Part shown: piece by piece, positions 36,750-44,844 of the stretch | How the letters are laid out: the number at the start of each line of letters is the position of its first letter | Position numbering within the stretch: the first letter of the stretch is position 1 | Assembly: GCA_021203805.1 (NCBI GenBank) | Contig: JAJQAM010000006.1 | Span: 1 to 44,844 of the forward strand | From: Coprobacillus sp. | GTDB taxonomy: Bacteria > Bacillota_I > Bacilli_A > RFN20 > CAG-826 | Reading direction: 5' to 3' | Length of the DNA: 44,844 nt | Position numbers and translations under genes: made by a program | Notes under the pieces: model-generated | The model's database searches: none | Told to the model about the DNA's origin: nothing | Seen by the model: only the letters and a program-made list of their open reading frames with translations

Positions 36750-38336
36750 ATGAAAAAGCGATTCTATATCACCACTCCAATATATTATCCAAGCGCTAAG
36801 CTTCATATTGGTCATGCTTACTGCACTGTTATGGCAGATGTTTTTGCTCGTTATAAGAGAAATAGAGGGTTTGAATGCTATTTCCTTACAGGTGATGATG
36901 AGCATGGCATGAAGATTGAAAAGAACGCTAAAGCACAAGGCAAAGATCCACAGCAATTCGTTGATGAGATAGCGGAGACTTTTAAGGATCTTTGGAAGAA
37001 ACTAAATATCTCTAATGACGATTTCATTAGAACCACGGAAGAAAGACACACTAAGACAGTCCAGCAAATCTTCACTAAGCTCATGGAGAATGATGACATC
37101 TATCTTGGTAAGTATAAAGGCTGGTACTGTAAAGAATGTGAAGCCTTTTGGACCGACACTCAAGCGGGACCTGATCACATATGTCCAGATTGCCATAGAC
37201 CTGTCGAGATAGCGGAAGAGGAAGCCTACTTCTTTAAGTCCTCTAAGTATGTTGACCAGCTCATGAAATTCTTCGAGGATAATCCAAAATTCCTCCTTCC
37301 TGAATCCCGTAAAAATGAGATGATAAATACATTTATTAAGCCAGGTTTAGAGGATTTATGCGTTTCTAGAACGTCTTTTTCGTGGGGAATTCCTATTAGA
37401 GAAAACCCTAAACATGTTATATATGTTTGGCTTGACGCTCTCTCAAATTATATCAGTGCACTTGGCTATTTAAGCGATGATGATTCCCTCTATAAGAAAT
37501 ACTGGGAAGACCCAGAATGCGAAGTCATTCATATCCTAGGAGCGGATATCACTAGGTTCCATGCTATCTACTGGCCCGAATTCCTTATGTCTATGGGTCT
37601 TAGACTCCCTGATAGGGAGTTTGTCCACGGTCTTCTTATGATGAAGGACTCGAAGATGAGCAAATCCAAAGGAAACGTCATAGATCCTATTCCTTTAATC
37701 GATAGATATGGCGCAGATGCTGTCCGTTACTACCTCGTTAGAGAGACTAATTTTGGAAGTGACGGCTCATTTAGTCCTGAGCAGTTTGTGGAAAGAATCA
37801 ATGCAGATCTCGCTAATTCTTTAGGAAATTTATTAAACCGCACAATGGGAATGATTAATAAGTATTTTGCAGGGATTTGCCCAAAATACGCCGGAATTAA
37901 AACAGATTTTGATAAAGATTTAGAGGATTTAGCCTTGTCCACTATTAGTAAATATGAAGAGGCTGAAGATGACCTTAGACTTACCGAAGGATATGTTTAT
38001 GTTAATGAACTTGTAAGCGCCACCAATAAATATATTGATGACACTAAACCATGGGAGCTTGCAAAAGCGGGTGAAACCGAGAAACTTGCTTCGGTGATGT
38101 CTCATTTAGTTAATGTCTTATATATAAGCGGTCATTTATACCGCCCAATTCTTACAGAATCGATAGAAAAGCTCTTTGATCAGCTTAATGTTAGCGAGGA
38201 GCTCCGCGATTATAATAAGATTTATACCTTTGGGGTGCTTGGAGGTCAAAAACTTAATGAGGCCTCGCCTCTCTTCCCTAGGCTTAATCCTGCCGAAGAA
38301 ATTGAATATATTAAGAAATCAAACGGGATTGAATAA
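36750..38336 (+). CDS. metG: Methionyl-tRNA synthetase (short form, no C-terminal tRNA-binding domain)
   Basis: HIGH, KMSKS, Zn knuckle CKEC...CPDC and YVWLDAL motifs. Confidence 0.97.
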   Translation: MKKRFYITTPIYYPSAKLHIGHAYCTVMADVFARYKRNRGFECYFLTGDDEHGMKIEKNAKAQGKDPQQFVDEIAETFKDLWKKLNISNDDFIRTTEERHTKTVQQIFTKLMENDDIYLGKYKGWYCKECEAFWTDTQAGPDHICPDCHRPVEIAEEEAYFFKSSKYVDQLMKFFEDNPKFLLPESRKNEMINTFIKPGLEDLCVSRTSFSWGIPIRENPKHVIYVWLDALSNYISALGYLSDDDSLYKKYWEDPECEVIHILGADITRFHAIYWPEFLMSMGLRLPDREFVHGLLMMKDSKMSKSKGNVIDPIPLIDRYGADAVRYYLVRETNFGSDGSFSPEQFVERINADLANSLGNLLNRTMGMINKYFAGICPKYAGIKTDFDKDLEDLALSTISKYEEAEDDLRLTEGYVYVNELVSATNKYIDDTKPWELAKAGETEKLASVMSHLVNVLYISGHLYRPILTESIEKLFDQLNVSEELRDYNKIYTFGVLGGQKLNEASPLFPRLNPAEEIEYIKKSNGIE

Positions 38337-38380
38337 CCCGTTGTTTTCTTTTTAAAAACGGGCAAAAAAGGAATAAATTA

Positions 38381-39715
38381 ATGAAAAACGACCATATAAT
38401 TGGAGTGTGTACTGATCTCACTAGCGAAGGCAAGGGTGTTATTAAACTATTTAATGAGACCATTTTTGTGGATGCACTTTTGCTTGGAGAAAAGGCCGAA
38501 GTTGAGATTGACTACCGTTCCCACGGAGTGGCCTATGCTCATATTGTTAATCTTATTGAAAAGAGCCCTAGTAGAATAGAGCCGCTTTGCCCTATCTCTA
38601 CCTCCTGCGGTGGCTGCTCCTTTCAAAACACTACCTATGAATATGAGCTCGCTTTTAAGAAGAAAAAAGTTGAGGATGCGCTTCACCGCATCGGTCATAT
38701 TAATCATGAAGTTAATGATGTTATCGGAATGGATAATCCCTATAACTATCGTAATAAAATTCAGGTGCCCTTCCAAAGAAACGGGAAGGACATAATCTAT
38801 GGTTTTTATAAGGCTAAAACTCATAAGATAATTCCTATTAAAGAGTGCTCTATCGAAGATAAGAGAGCAGCCTCCATCTTATCTACGATTAAAGACCTCA
38901 TGATGTCGATGCATATTGAGCCCTATAACGAAGATAATAGAAGCGGTGTTATTCGTCATGTTCTTATCCGCACTAGCTACCACTACGACGAAATTATGGT
39001 GGTTCTTGTTACTAACTGCGACTCATTTCCATCAAGAAATAACTTTGTAAAAGCCCTAAGTGAGAAACATAGCGAGATTACGACCGTGGTTCAAAACATC
39101 AACACAAGGGACACAAATGTCATTTTAGGCGAAAAAGAAAAGGTCCTATACGGCAAAGGATTCATAAAAGACTCAATTTTAGGAATAAATTTTAATATTT
39201 CTTCTAGATCGTTTTTCCAGGTGAATCCAGTGCAAGTGGAGCGGCTTTATTCAAAAACTTTTGAACTTGCTCATCTCACTAAAGATGATAATCTCCTTGA
39301 TGCTTATTCTGGGGTTGGCACTATCGGAATGATAGCGTCAATGTGGGTTAAATCAGTTACCTGTGTGGAGCTTGAAAAAAGCGCTCACAGGAATGCTATT
39401 AGAAACGCTAAGGAGAACGGCATTACTAACATCTCACTTATCAATGCGGACTGCAGTGAATACCTTGTAAACACCGATGAAAAATTTGATGTCGTGATTA
39501 TGGATGCCCCCCGCAAAGGAAGCACTAAAGAGTTTTTAGATGCTCTCACTACTAACTCTCCATCACGAATAATTTATATCTCCTGTAATCCCGCTACCCT
39601 AGCTCGTGATCTTACCTTTTTAATGGATGATTATTCGATTGAAACTATCCAGCCATTAGATATGTTTCCCCGCTCATTTCACGTCGAAACAATTGTCTCT
39701 TTAGCACGTAAATAA
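38381..39715 (+). CDS. rlmD: 23S rRNA (uracil-C5)-methyltransferase RlmD/RumA family
   Basis: CPISTSCGGC, SFFQVN, DAYSGVG, YISCNPATLARD and DMFPRSFHVE motifs. Confidence 0.93.
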   Translation: MKNDHIIGVCTDLTSEGKGVIKLFNETIFVDALLLGEKAEVEIDYRSHGVAYAHIVNLIEKSPSRIEPLCPISTSCGGCSFQNTTYEYELAFKKKKVEDALHRIGHINHEVNDVIGMDNPYNYRNKIQVPFQRNGKDIIYGFYKAKTHKIIPIKECSIEDKRAASILSTIKDLMMSMHIEPYNEDNRSGVIRHVLIRTSYHYDEIMVVLVTNCDSFPSRNNFVKALSEKHSEITTVVQNINTRDTNVILGEKEKVLYGKGFIKDSILGINFNISSRSFFQVNPVQVERLYSKTFELAHLTKDDNLLDAYSGVGTIGMIASMWVKSVTCVELEKSAHRNAIRNAKENGITNISLINADCSEYLVNTDEKFDVVIMDAPRKGSTKEFLDALTTNSPSRIIYISCNPATLARDLTFLMDDYSIETIQPLDMFPRSFHVETIVSLARK

Positions 39716-39812
39716 CTAGCGTATGCGTACGCACGTGAGCGTGTGTGTTCTAATTAATAAAATAGAAAATTAGAGTGAGATAATATAAACTTTTCTTTTA
39801 GAGATAAAGAGT

Positions 39813-40490
39813 ATGTACTGCCACAAATGCGGAAAAGAAATACCAGATGATGCAGACTATTGTCCCTACTGCGGGAGTGAAGTCATCTATAAGCCAAAGA
39901 CCCAGCCTAAACGCATAGAAGACGAGGAAGGCTATATCTCTTTTGGTGTGGATGAAAAGGGAGACCCCCTTAGAACCGATCCTCTTAATCAAAAAAGTGT
40001 AGGCAATAAGGTAGAAGCAAGTAGTAGCGCCACTAGCTCATATAAAGATAAGAAATGGTCAATTACCGTCTTAGCTATTTTTCTTGCTCTAACAATTGTT
40101 TTAGTGTTCACCCCCATCTTTGAAGGATACGGATCTATCCTTAGCGATATTTATTTAGATGATGCAGACTGGATGTTCTTCCTCTTTGCTATTATTTTTA
40201 TTGATATTGCCTTTTATATGGTGGGCTATTTGTTAGTTTGTTTCCTTAATCCAGAAGAGCTCCGCTCATCTCAAAAAGAAAGGAATACTAATAGATACAA
40301 AATAGGTACTACGGCAGCAGCATCTATTATTCTTATTATTGGAATAATATTTTTAGTCCTTGCCGTAGGCGGGGAAGACTTATCTAGCTATGGAGTAGCC
40401 GATGTTATTCTTACCTTTGTTTTAGGAATTGTCTATATTGTAGTGGTTCTATTTGAGCAGTGTAATATTACTAGCCGCCATAGAAAATAA
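39813..40490 (+). CDS. Zinc-ribbon membrane protein
   Basis: N-terminal CHKC...CPYC followed by about four TM helices. Confidence 0.85.
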   Translation: MYCHKCGKEIPDDADYCPYCGSEVIYKPKTQPKRIEDEEGYISFGVDEKGDPLRTDPLNQKSVGNKVEASSSATSSYKDKKWSITVLAIFLALTIVLVFTPIFEGYGSILSDIYLDDADWMFFLFAIIFIDIAFYMVGYLLVCFLNPEELRSSQKERNTNRYKIGTTAAASIILIIGIIFLVLAVGGEDLSSYGVADVILTFVLGIVYIVVVLFEQCNITSRHRK

Positions 40491-40540
40491 ATGAATATAA
40501 AGAGAAATAAATATAAAATATTTATCAGTGAGGAATAGAT

Positions 40541-41218
40541 ATGTATTGCACTAAATGCGGAAAAGAAGTAAGTGATGATGACCTATACTGCGGTAACTGC
40601 GGGGCTAAGCTCACTAAGGATGGCGCTAAGAGCAAAAACCCAGTCACTATAAGTGATGAGCAGCAAGGTTTAATGGCCGCTAGTGACCGCACCTTTTCTA
40701 ATACAGTGGCGGTTTTATTTGTTCTCGCTTTTGTTATTACAATGTTCTTTTCAATCTTTAAGATTGAAGACATAGGAACCGCAACCCATCAAACCTATAA
40801 CTTCTCTATTATTCATGGAGACGGCGGGACCGGAGTGGTGAAATATACTTGGCCCTGCTTCATGTTTGTCCTGGGAGGACTCCTTCTCCTATTAAGCGGA
40901 TTTGTCTACGGAAGAGTCATGGATAGAATTAAGATATATCAGTTAAATAAAATACCTTCAAATAAGAATAGATTAATTACCCTTATAGTAGTGGCCACAA
41001 TATTCCTTGGCCTTTCTATCTTCTTATTTGTTTATAGTAAGAGCATGGTAGGTAATGATCTAGTAACCACTATCTATAGTGGTTATGCCTTCTCCTATGG
41101 AGGAGGAGCCATTGCCATGCTTGTGTGTAATAGCGCCTTTGGCGCTCTATATATCTTTGCCAGTGCTTATGAAAGCCTCATAAAAAAGGATAAAAAGAAT
41201 GCCAAAGTTAAGAGATAG
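40541..41218 (+). CDS. Zinc-ribbon membrane protein
   Basis: N-terminal CTKC...CGNC followed by about four TM helices. Confidence 0.85.
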   Translation: MYCTKCGKEVSDDDLYCGNCGAKLTKDGAKSKNPVTISDEQQGLMAASDRTFSNTVAVLFVLAFVITMFFSIFKIEDIGTATHQTYNFSIIHGDGGTGVVKYTWPCFMFVLGGLLLLLSGFVYGRVMDRIKIYQLNKIPSNKNRLITLIVVATIFLGLSIFLFVYSKSMVGNDLVTTIYSGYAFSYGGGAIAMLVCNSAFGALYIFASAYESLIKKDKKNAKVKR

Positions 41219-41513
41219 AATAAAAGCCGCTTTTGAGGAAGCTAATAAAGAGATAGAAGAAGCAAGTGATAAAGCGGACTCCTTTCTTAATAAGCTTAAT
41301 GACAATGCGGATAAATTTGATGAAAAGATGAATAGTCTTATTAAAGGCGCTAATGACTTTGCCGAGGAAAACGAAGATAAATTATCAGGAAGCATGGAAG
41401 ATGTCGGTGAAGTCTTTGATGAAGCGGGTAACCGTATGAGCGCTTTCATGGAAGATCTTGACGATCAGCTTGATGATTTTATTGATGACGACGATATAGA
41501 CGAGGAGGAATAA
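41199..41513 (+). CDS. Hypothetical acidic helical protein
   Basis: 104-aa D/E-rich ORF filling the gap between two same-strand genes. Confidence 0.7.
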   Translation: MPKLRDRIKAAFEEANKEIEEASDKADSFLNKLNDNADKFDEKMNSLIKGANDFAEENEDKLSGSMEDVGEVFDEAGNRMSAFMEDLDDQLDDFIDDDDIDEEE

Positions 41514-41517
41514 TATT

Positions 41518-42078
41518 ATGAGCAAAAGCGAAGAGCATAAGTACGCTGTTATAGTCGTTGATATGATTAATGACTTCTTTTATGGAGACCTTAAGTTTGA
41601 TAGAGCACCCTCTATTGTTCAGCCGGTCTCTAAATTAGTGGAAAAGGCTAGAAATAAGAAGGTTCCAGTTATCTTTGCCTGTGATTCCCACTACAAAGGA
41701 ATTGATCATGAGTTTGGCTTATGGGGAGAGCACGGCGTTAGAGGAACCACGGGAACTAGCCCTATTGCCCCATTGTCTTATGATTCCACTAAGGATTATA
41801 TGATTTTAAAAACGAGGTATTCCGCTTTCTTTAGAACGGATCTTGACGTCCTTTTAAGTGAGCTTGGTGTGGATACCCTTATCTTTGTTGGAGTGCACAC
41901 CCATATATGCGTTGAGCATACCGCTGCAGATGCCTATTATCTTGGCTTTAATGTCGTGGTTGCAACTGACGGCACCACGGCGTTTACCCAGGAGGACCAC
42001 GACGGTGCTCTCAAAAAGATGCATGATTTATATGGAGCGACACTTGCAAAAGTCGATGAAATTATTAAACTTCTATAG
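41518..42078 (+). CDS. Isochorismatase/nicotinamidase family cysteine hydrolase
   Basis: VDMINDF, KTRYSAF and THICVEHT (D-K-C triad). Confidence 0.92.
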   Translation: MSKSEEHKYAVIVVDMINDFFYGDLKFDRAPSIVQPVSKLVEKARNKKVPVIFACDSHYKGIDHEFGLWGEHGVRGTTGTSPIAPLSYDSTKDYMILKTRYSAFFRTDLDVLLSELGVDTLIFVGVHTHICVEHTAADAYYLGFNVVVATDGTTAFTQEDHDGALKKMHDLYGATLAKVDEIIKLL

Positions 42079-42099
42079 TAATAACCCACATTAGAAGGT

Positions 42100-42127
42100 A
42101 AAAAGAGCCCCATGGGGACTCTTTTTT
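42100..42127 (+). terminator. Intrinsic terminator
   Basis: AAAAAGAGCCCC-AT-GGGGACTCTTTTTT. Confidence 0.8.
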
Positions 42128-42324
42128 AAACTACTAGGCCCTAATTTAATTAGTTTCAATATTTGCCCTTTTTCATTTAATGTGTATTTTTTTATTGCAT
42201 ATTTTTATTAATGAGTCTAACCTTTGAAAATTGAAAAGACGAAAACCAATAAGAGGGTAACATCTTAGTGCCCACTAAAAAGGGAAAGACTTATTTTATA
42301 ATAGTTAGATAGAAGGATTACGAA

Positions 42325-43329
42325 ATGGATATAAGTCAACAAAAGAAAGCCTCGGTTTTGCTTGTTTTAAAGGTATTACAAGATTATACCGATGAAAACC
42401 ACCACCTTACACAGAACGAAATAGCTGAAAAAATAAAAGAAATATATGGTCTCTCTGTTGAGAGAAAGAGTATTGCTTCGTCTTTAGCCATACTCGACGC
42501 TCTTGACTATGATGTCAACAGCGGAAAGCGTGGAGGCTATTACCTTTTATCACGTGAGCTTGAGAGTAGTGAGGTGGCCTTTATCGTCGATGCGATATTC
42601 TCCTCAAAGAGCATTCCCGCTAATAGCGCGACTAAGCTCGTAAGAAAGGTCAATAGTTGCCTTTCTATCTATGAGAGAAAAGAATATGACTTCGTCGATA
42701 AGACATATGATCTAACAAGAACTAATAACAGCGAAATCTTCTATACAATCGATATCATTCATGAGGCGATGGAGAAACATAAGAGAGTGGGATTCCAATA
42801 TCTCACTTATGATAAGAAGGGGAAGTCAGTAGCGAGAAATGATGGATATGAATACGTTGTCTCCCCATATTTTCTTGTAAATAACTTTGGTAACTACTAC
42901 CTTCTTTGTAATTATAGGACTAAATATAATCCTTTAAATGTCTTCCGCCTTGATTACATCACTAATATCAGGATTAGAGACGACTGGGAGCTTAAAGATA
43001 TGTCAGAGATTGAAGAATTAAGAGGCTTTGATCTTACTAGTTATCTTAATGAGCATATCTATCTCATTGGTGGAGAGGCTGTTACCGCTTATCTAGAAGT
43101 AGACACAGAAGAACACGTGAGGTTTGTAATTGACTGGTTTGGAGATAACGCGGTATTTGTCCCTTCCGGCGATAAGATAGTGGTGAAGGTCAAGTGTAAT
43201 GAAACATCGCTTCTCTATTGGTGCCTCCAGTACTCTCTATACATTAAGGTTTTAGAGCCGGAGTCATTAAAGCAGAAAGTTATAGAGGCTCACAAATCGG
43301 CCCTCGCTAAATACGAAGCGGATGAATAA
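42325..43329 (+). CDS. wHTH-WYL-WCX transcriptional regulator
   Basis: N-terminal wHTH (LTQNEIAE...VERKSIAS); WYL core VSPYFLV...YYLLC...FRLDYI; C-terminal WCLQYSLYIKVLEP. Confidence 0.9.
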   Translation: MDISQQKKASVLLVLKVLQDYTDENHHLTQNEIAEKIKEIYGLSVERKSIASSLAILDALDYDVNSGKRGGYYLLSRELESSEVAFIVDAIFSSKSIPANSATKLVRKVNSCLSIYERKEYDFVDKTYDLTRTNNSEIFYTIDIIHEAMEKHKRVGFQYLTYDKKGKSVARNDGYEYVVSPYFLVNNFGNYYLLCNYRTKYNPLNVFRLDYITNIRIRDDWELKDMSEIEELRGFDLTSYLNEHIYLIGGEAVTAYLEVDTEEHVRFVIDWFGDNAVFVPSGDKIVVKVKCNETSLLYWCLQYSLYIKVLEPESLKQKVIEAHKSALAKYEADE

Positions 43330-43357
43330 AAAAGACCCACCTAGAAGGTGGGTTTTT
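43328..43357. terminator. Terminator after the WYL gene, usable in both directions
   Basis: AAAAAGACCCACC-TAGAA-GGTGGGTTTTT. Confidence 0.85.
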
Positions 43358-43427
43358 ATTAAATAAAAAATGGATTTATTGATCCATCTTTAAGCATCTA
43401 TAATCTCTTCTAATGCTCTAATTATTT

Positions 43428-43456
43428 ATTATACTCCTAATTATATAAAAAAGCAA
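43428..43456 (-). promoter_or_regulatory. Orphan sigma-A type promoter
   Basis: Minus strand TTGCTT (43456-43451), 17-nt spacer, TATAAT (43433-43428); no long ORF downstream. Confidence 0.55.
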
Positions 43457-43457
43457 G

Positions 43458-43482
43458 AAAAAACCGCTTTTGCAGCGGTTTT
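43458..43482 (-). terminator. Intrinsic terminator of the lipoprotein cluster
   Basis: AAAACCGCT-GCAAA-AGCGGTTTT followed by a T run on the minus strand. Confidence 0.85.
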
Positions 43483-43954
43483 ATATAATAGATTCTTGAT
43501 CATCAGTTTCAGGTGACACCAGAGTAATCTTTACCGTTTTTGATTCTTTGATAGATTCATTATGTATTACCATTGTTGTTTCCTCTGTTTCTTTTAAACC
43601 CACAAAGGTCCATTTATTGTCCCACTCCATTTCTGGATCGTAATCTTGAATATCAAGGTATTCTTTTTCATATTCGAAAACATAACCCCAATCCGTAAAT
43701 TTCACCCCGTAACTCGGAAAATGATATAGCCATACCACATATGTTTTTTCTATCGTTAGTGTTATTGAATAATCACCGTCATCTTTTAGTAAATATATCT
43801 CATTCTCATCTTCATCACAAACAGACATACGAATATTAGCTGACAACGGAAGATACATGGTCCAATCTTTTGTATCAGAATATCCTCCACAACTGCATAA
43901 GGCCATTAATGGAGCTATAGCCAAACAAATAAACTTACTAGCGTTTCTTTTCAT
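43481..43954 (-). CDS. Hypothetical lipoprotein (paralog of 44375..44842)
   Basis: Signal MKRNASKFICLAIAPLMALCSC with a lipobox-like LCSC. Confidence 0.8.
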   Translation of the reverse strand: MKRNASKFICLAIAPLMALCSCGGYSDTKDWTMYLPLSANIRMSVCDEDENEIYLLKDDGDYSITLTIEKTYVVWLYHFPSYGVKFTDWGYVFEYEKEYLDIQDYDPEMEWDNKWTFVGLKETEETTMVIHNESIKESKTVKITLVSPETDDQESII

Positions 43955-43963
43955 AACTCACCT

Positions 43964-44353
43964 CTAATCCAATATAAAAAATTGCAAAGATGGATTTGCG
44001 TCTGTATTGGGATCAAAATACACACCGAATGTTTCATCTTCAATGATATAGGTGTAACTAGTGTATTCTACATATGATGCTTCTAACTTGCCGGTAGTGC
44101 TCTCAGTTTCTCTTACAAATGTAGAAAAATTGGATTCCACAAAAGAGATTAAATCGTCGCATTTATTTAAATAAGATTCAAGTACCCTCTCATCTTCATC
44201 AATCAAAATTTCGCTTTGTAGAACGCTATTAACACTGGCTTCTTTTTTGTCTACTGGTGCGACATCAAAAACAAGACTTTTACCCGCAAAAGGAATAGCG
44301 GCCACCACGCATAAAGATAAGATAAAAACACTCCTCTTAGCTTTATTTTTCAT
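43964..44353 (-). CDS. Hypothetical exported protein
   Basis: Basic N-terminus and hydrophobic stretch, acidic mature part; SD-like AGAGGTGAG downstream serves the next gene. Confidence 0.7.
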   Translation of the reverse strand: MKNKAKRSVFILSLCVVAAIPFAGKSLVFDVAPVDKKEASVNSVLQSEILIDEDERVLESYLNKCDDLISFVESNFSTFVRETESTTGKLEASYVEYTSYTYIIEDETFGVYFDPNTDANPSLQFFILD

Positions 44354-44374
44354 ACTTTTAATATATATAGCTAA

Positions 44375-44842
44375 TTATTCGTTGTCAATTTCTAGACTAT
44401 CTACGAGAGTTATTAATAGAGTCTTAGGATCTTCTACGCGCTCATGATGAATCACTAATTTAGTTTCATCTATTTCTTTAAGACCAGTGAAATAATAAGT
44501 GTTATTCCAATCATAATCTTCATCGCAGTCCGCTAAACTAATATATTCCTCGTCATATTCAAAACTGATAAGGAGATCTGAGTATTTAACGGCGCCGCCT
44601 TTAGGGCTGATATCAATCTGAAAAATATATACTTCGTTTGTATAAAACGTTACTTGTTCATCGCCTCTATAATCAAGGTTTGTAATCTTTTCCCCGTCTT
44701 TGTTATAAACATGAACTTCAACTCTTGGTTTAAAAAAATGTTCATATATTTCGTGTTCATCAACTTCGGAGCTCTTTTTCTCGCAGCCGCATAATGAAAG
44801 CATTACAACACCCATTAAACAAATAAACTTATTTTTTCTCAT
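44375..44842 (-). CDS. Hypothetical lipoprotein (paralog of 43481..43954)
   Basis: Signal MRKNKFICLMGVVMLSLCGC with a lipobox-like LCGC. Confidence 0.8.
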   Translation of the reverse strand: MRKNKFICLMGVVMLSLCGCEKKSSEVDEHEIYEHFFKPRVEVHVYNKDGEKITNLDYRGDEQVTFYTNEVYIFQIDISPKGGAVKYSDLLISFEYDEEYISLADCDEDYDWNNTYYFTGLKEIDETKLVIHHERVEDPKTLLITLVDSLEIDNE

Positions 44843-44844
44843 AA

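Noticed and set aside
22200-36750. T-box or S-box leaders before serS and metG, and an M-box before mgtA
   Set aside because: The gaps are too short and no conserved cores are present.
38337-38380. CCCGTT...AACGGG hairpin between metG and rlmD
   Set aside because: No U tract follows on the plus strand, so it is not called a terminator.

Overview
This is the replication-origin region of an AT-rich Bacillota (Bacilli) chromosome. It uses the standard genetic code (TGA terminates, e.g. the TetR gene). The compact gene order and lipoprotein-type YidC suggest a reduced-genome, Mollicutes-related lineage (inference only). Leftward arm: the end of ppdK, feoA-feoB, and a minus-strand block rpmH-rnpA-yidC-jag plus mnmE-tatD-rnmV-rsmA-ispE-glmU-like-hypothetical. 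DnaA boxes lie between rpmH and dnaA. Rightward arm: dnaA-dnaN-yaaA-recF-gyrB-gyrA-GT4-serS, SRP RNA, tadA, a P-type ATPase, TetR, an M50-like membrane protein, DUF3784-like-mgtA-small membrane protein, fic, pmbA/tldD, a phosphoesterase, rpmE, metG and rlmD. An accessory tail follows: two zinc-ribbon membrane proteins, an acidic protein, an isochorismatase-family enzyme, a WYL regulator, and three exported proteins, two of them paralogous lipoproteins. No CRISPR array, tRNA, rRNA, integrase or transposase was seen. Best leads: (1) a 422-nt ppdK-feoA gap with mutually exclusive RNA pairings over the feoA ribosome-binding site and an antisense 34-aa hydrophobic ORF; (2) a gyrase carrying three quinolone-insensitivity substitutions, acidic tails and an appended C-terminal segment; (3) an orphan promoter-terminator unit (candidate sRNA) between the WYL gene and the lipoprotein cassette; (4) several enzymes lacking canonical catalytic residues; (5) a parS-like site and several apparently leaderless genes. 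Everything was read by eye; no folding program or database search was run.
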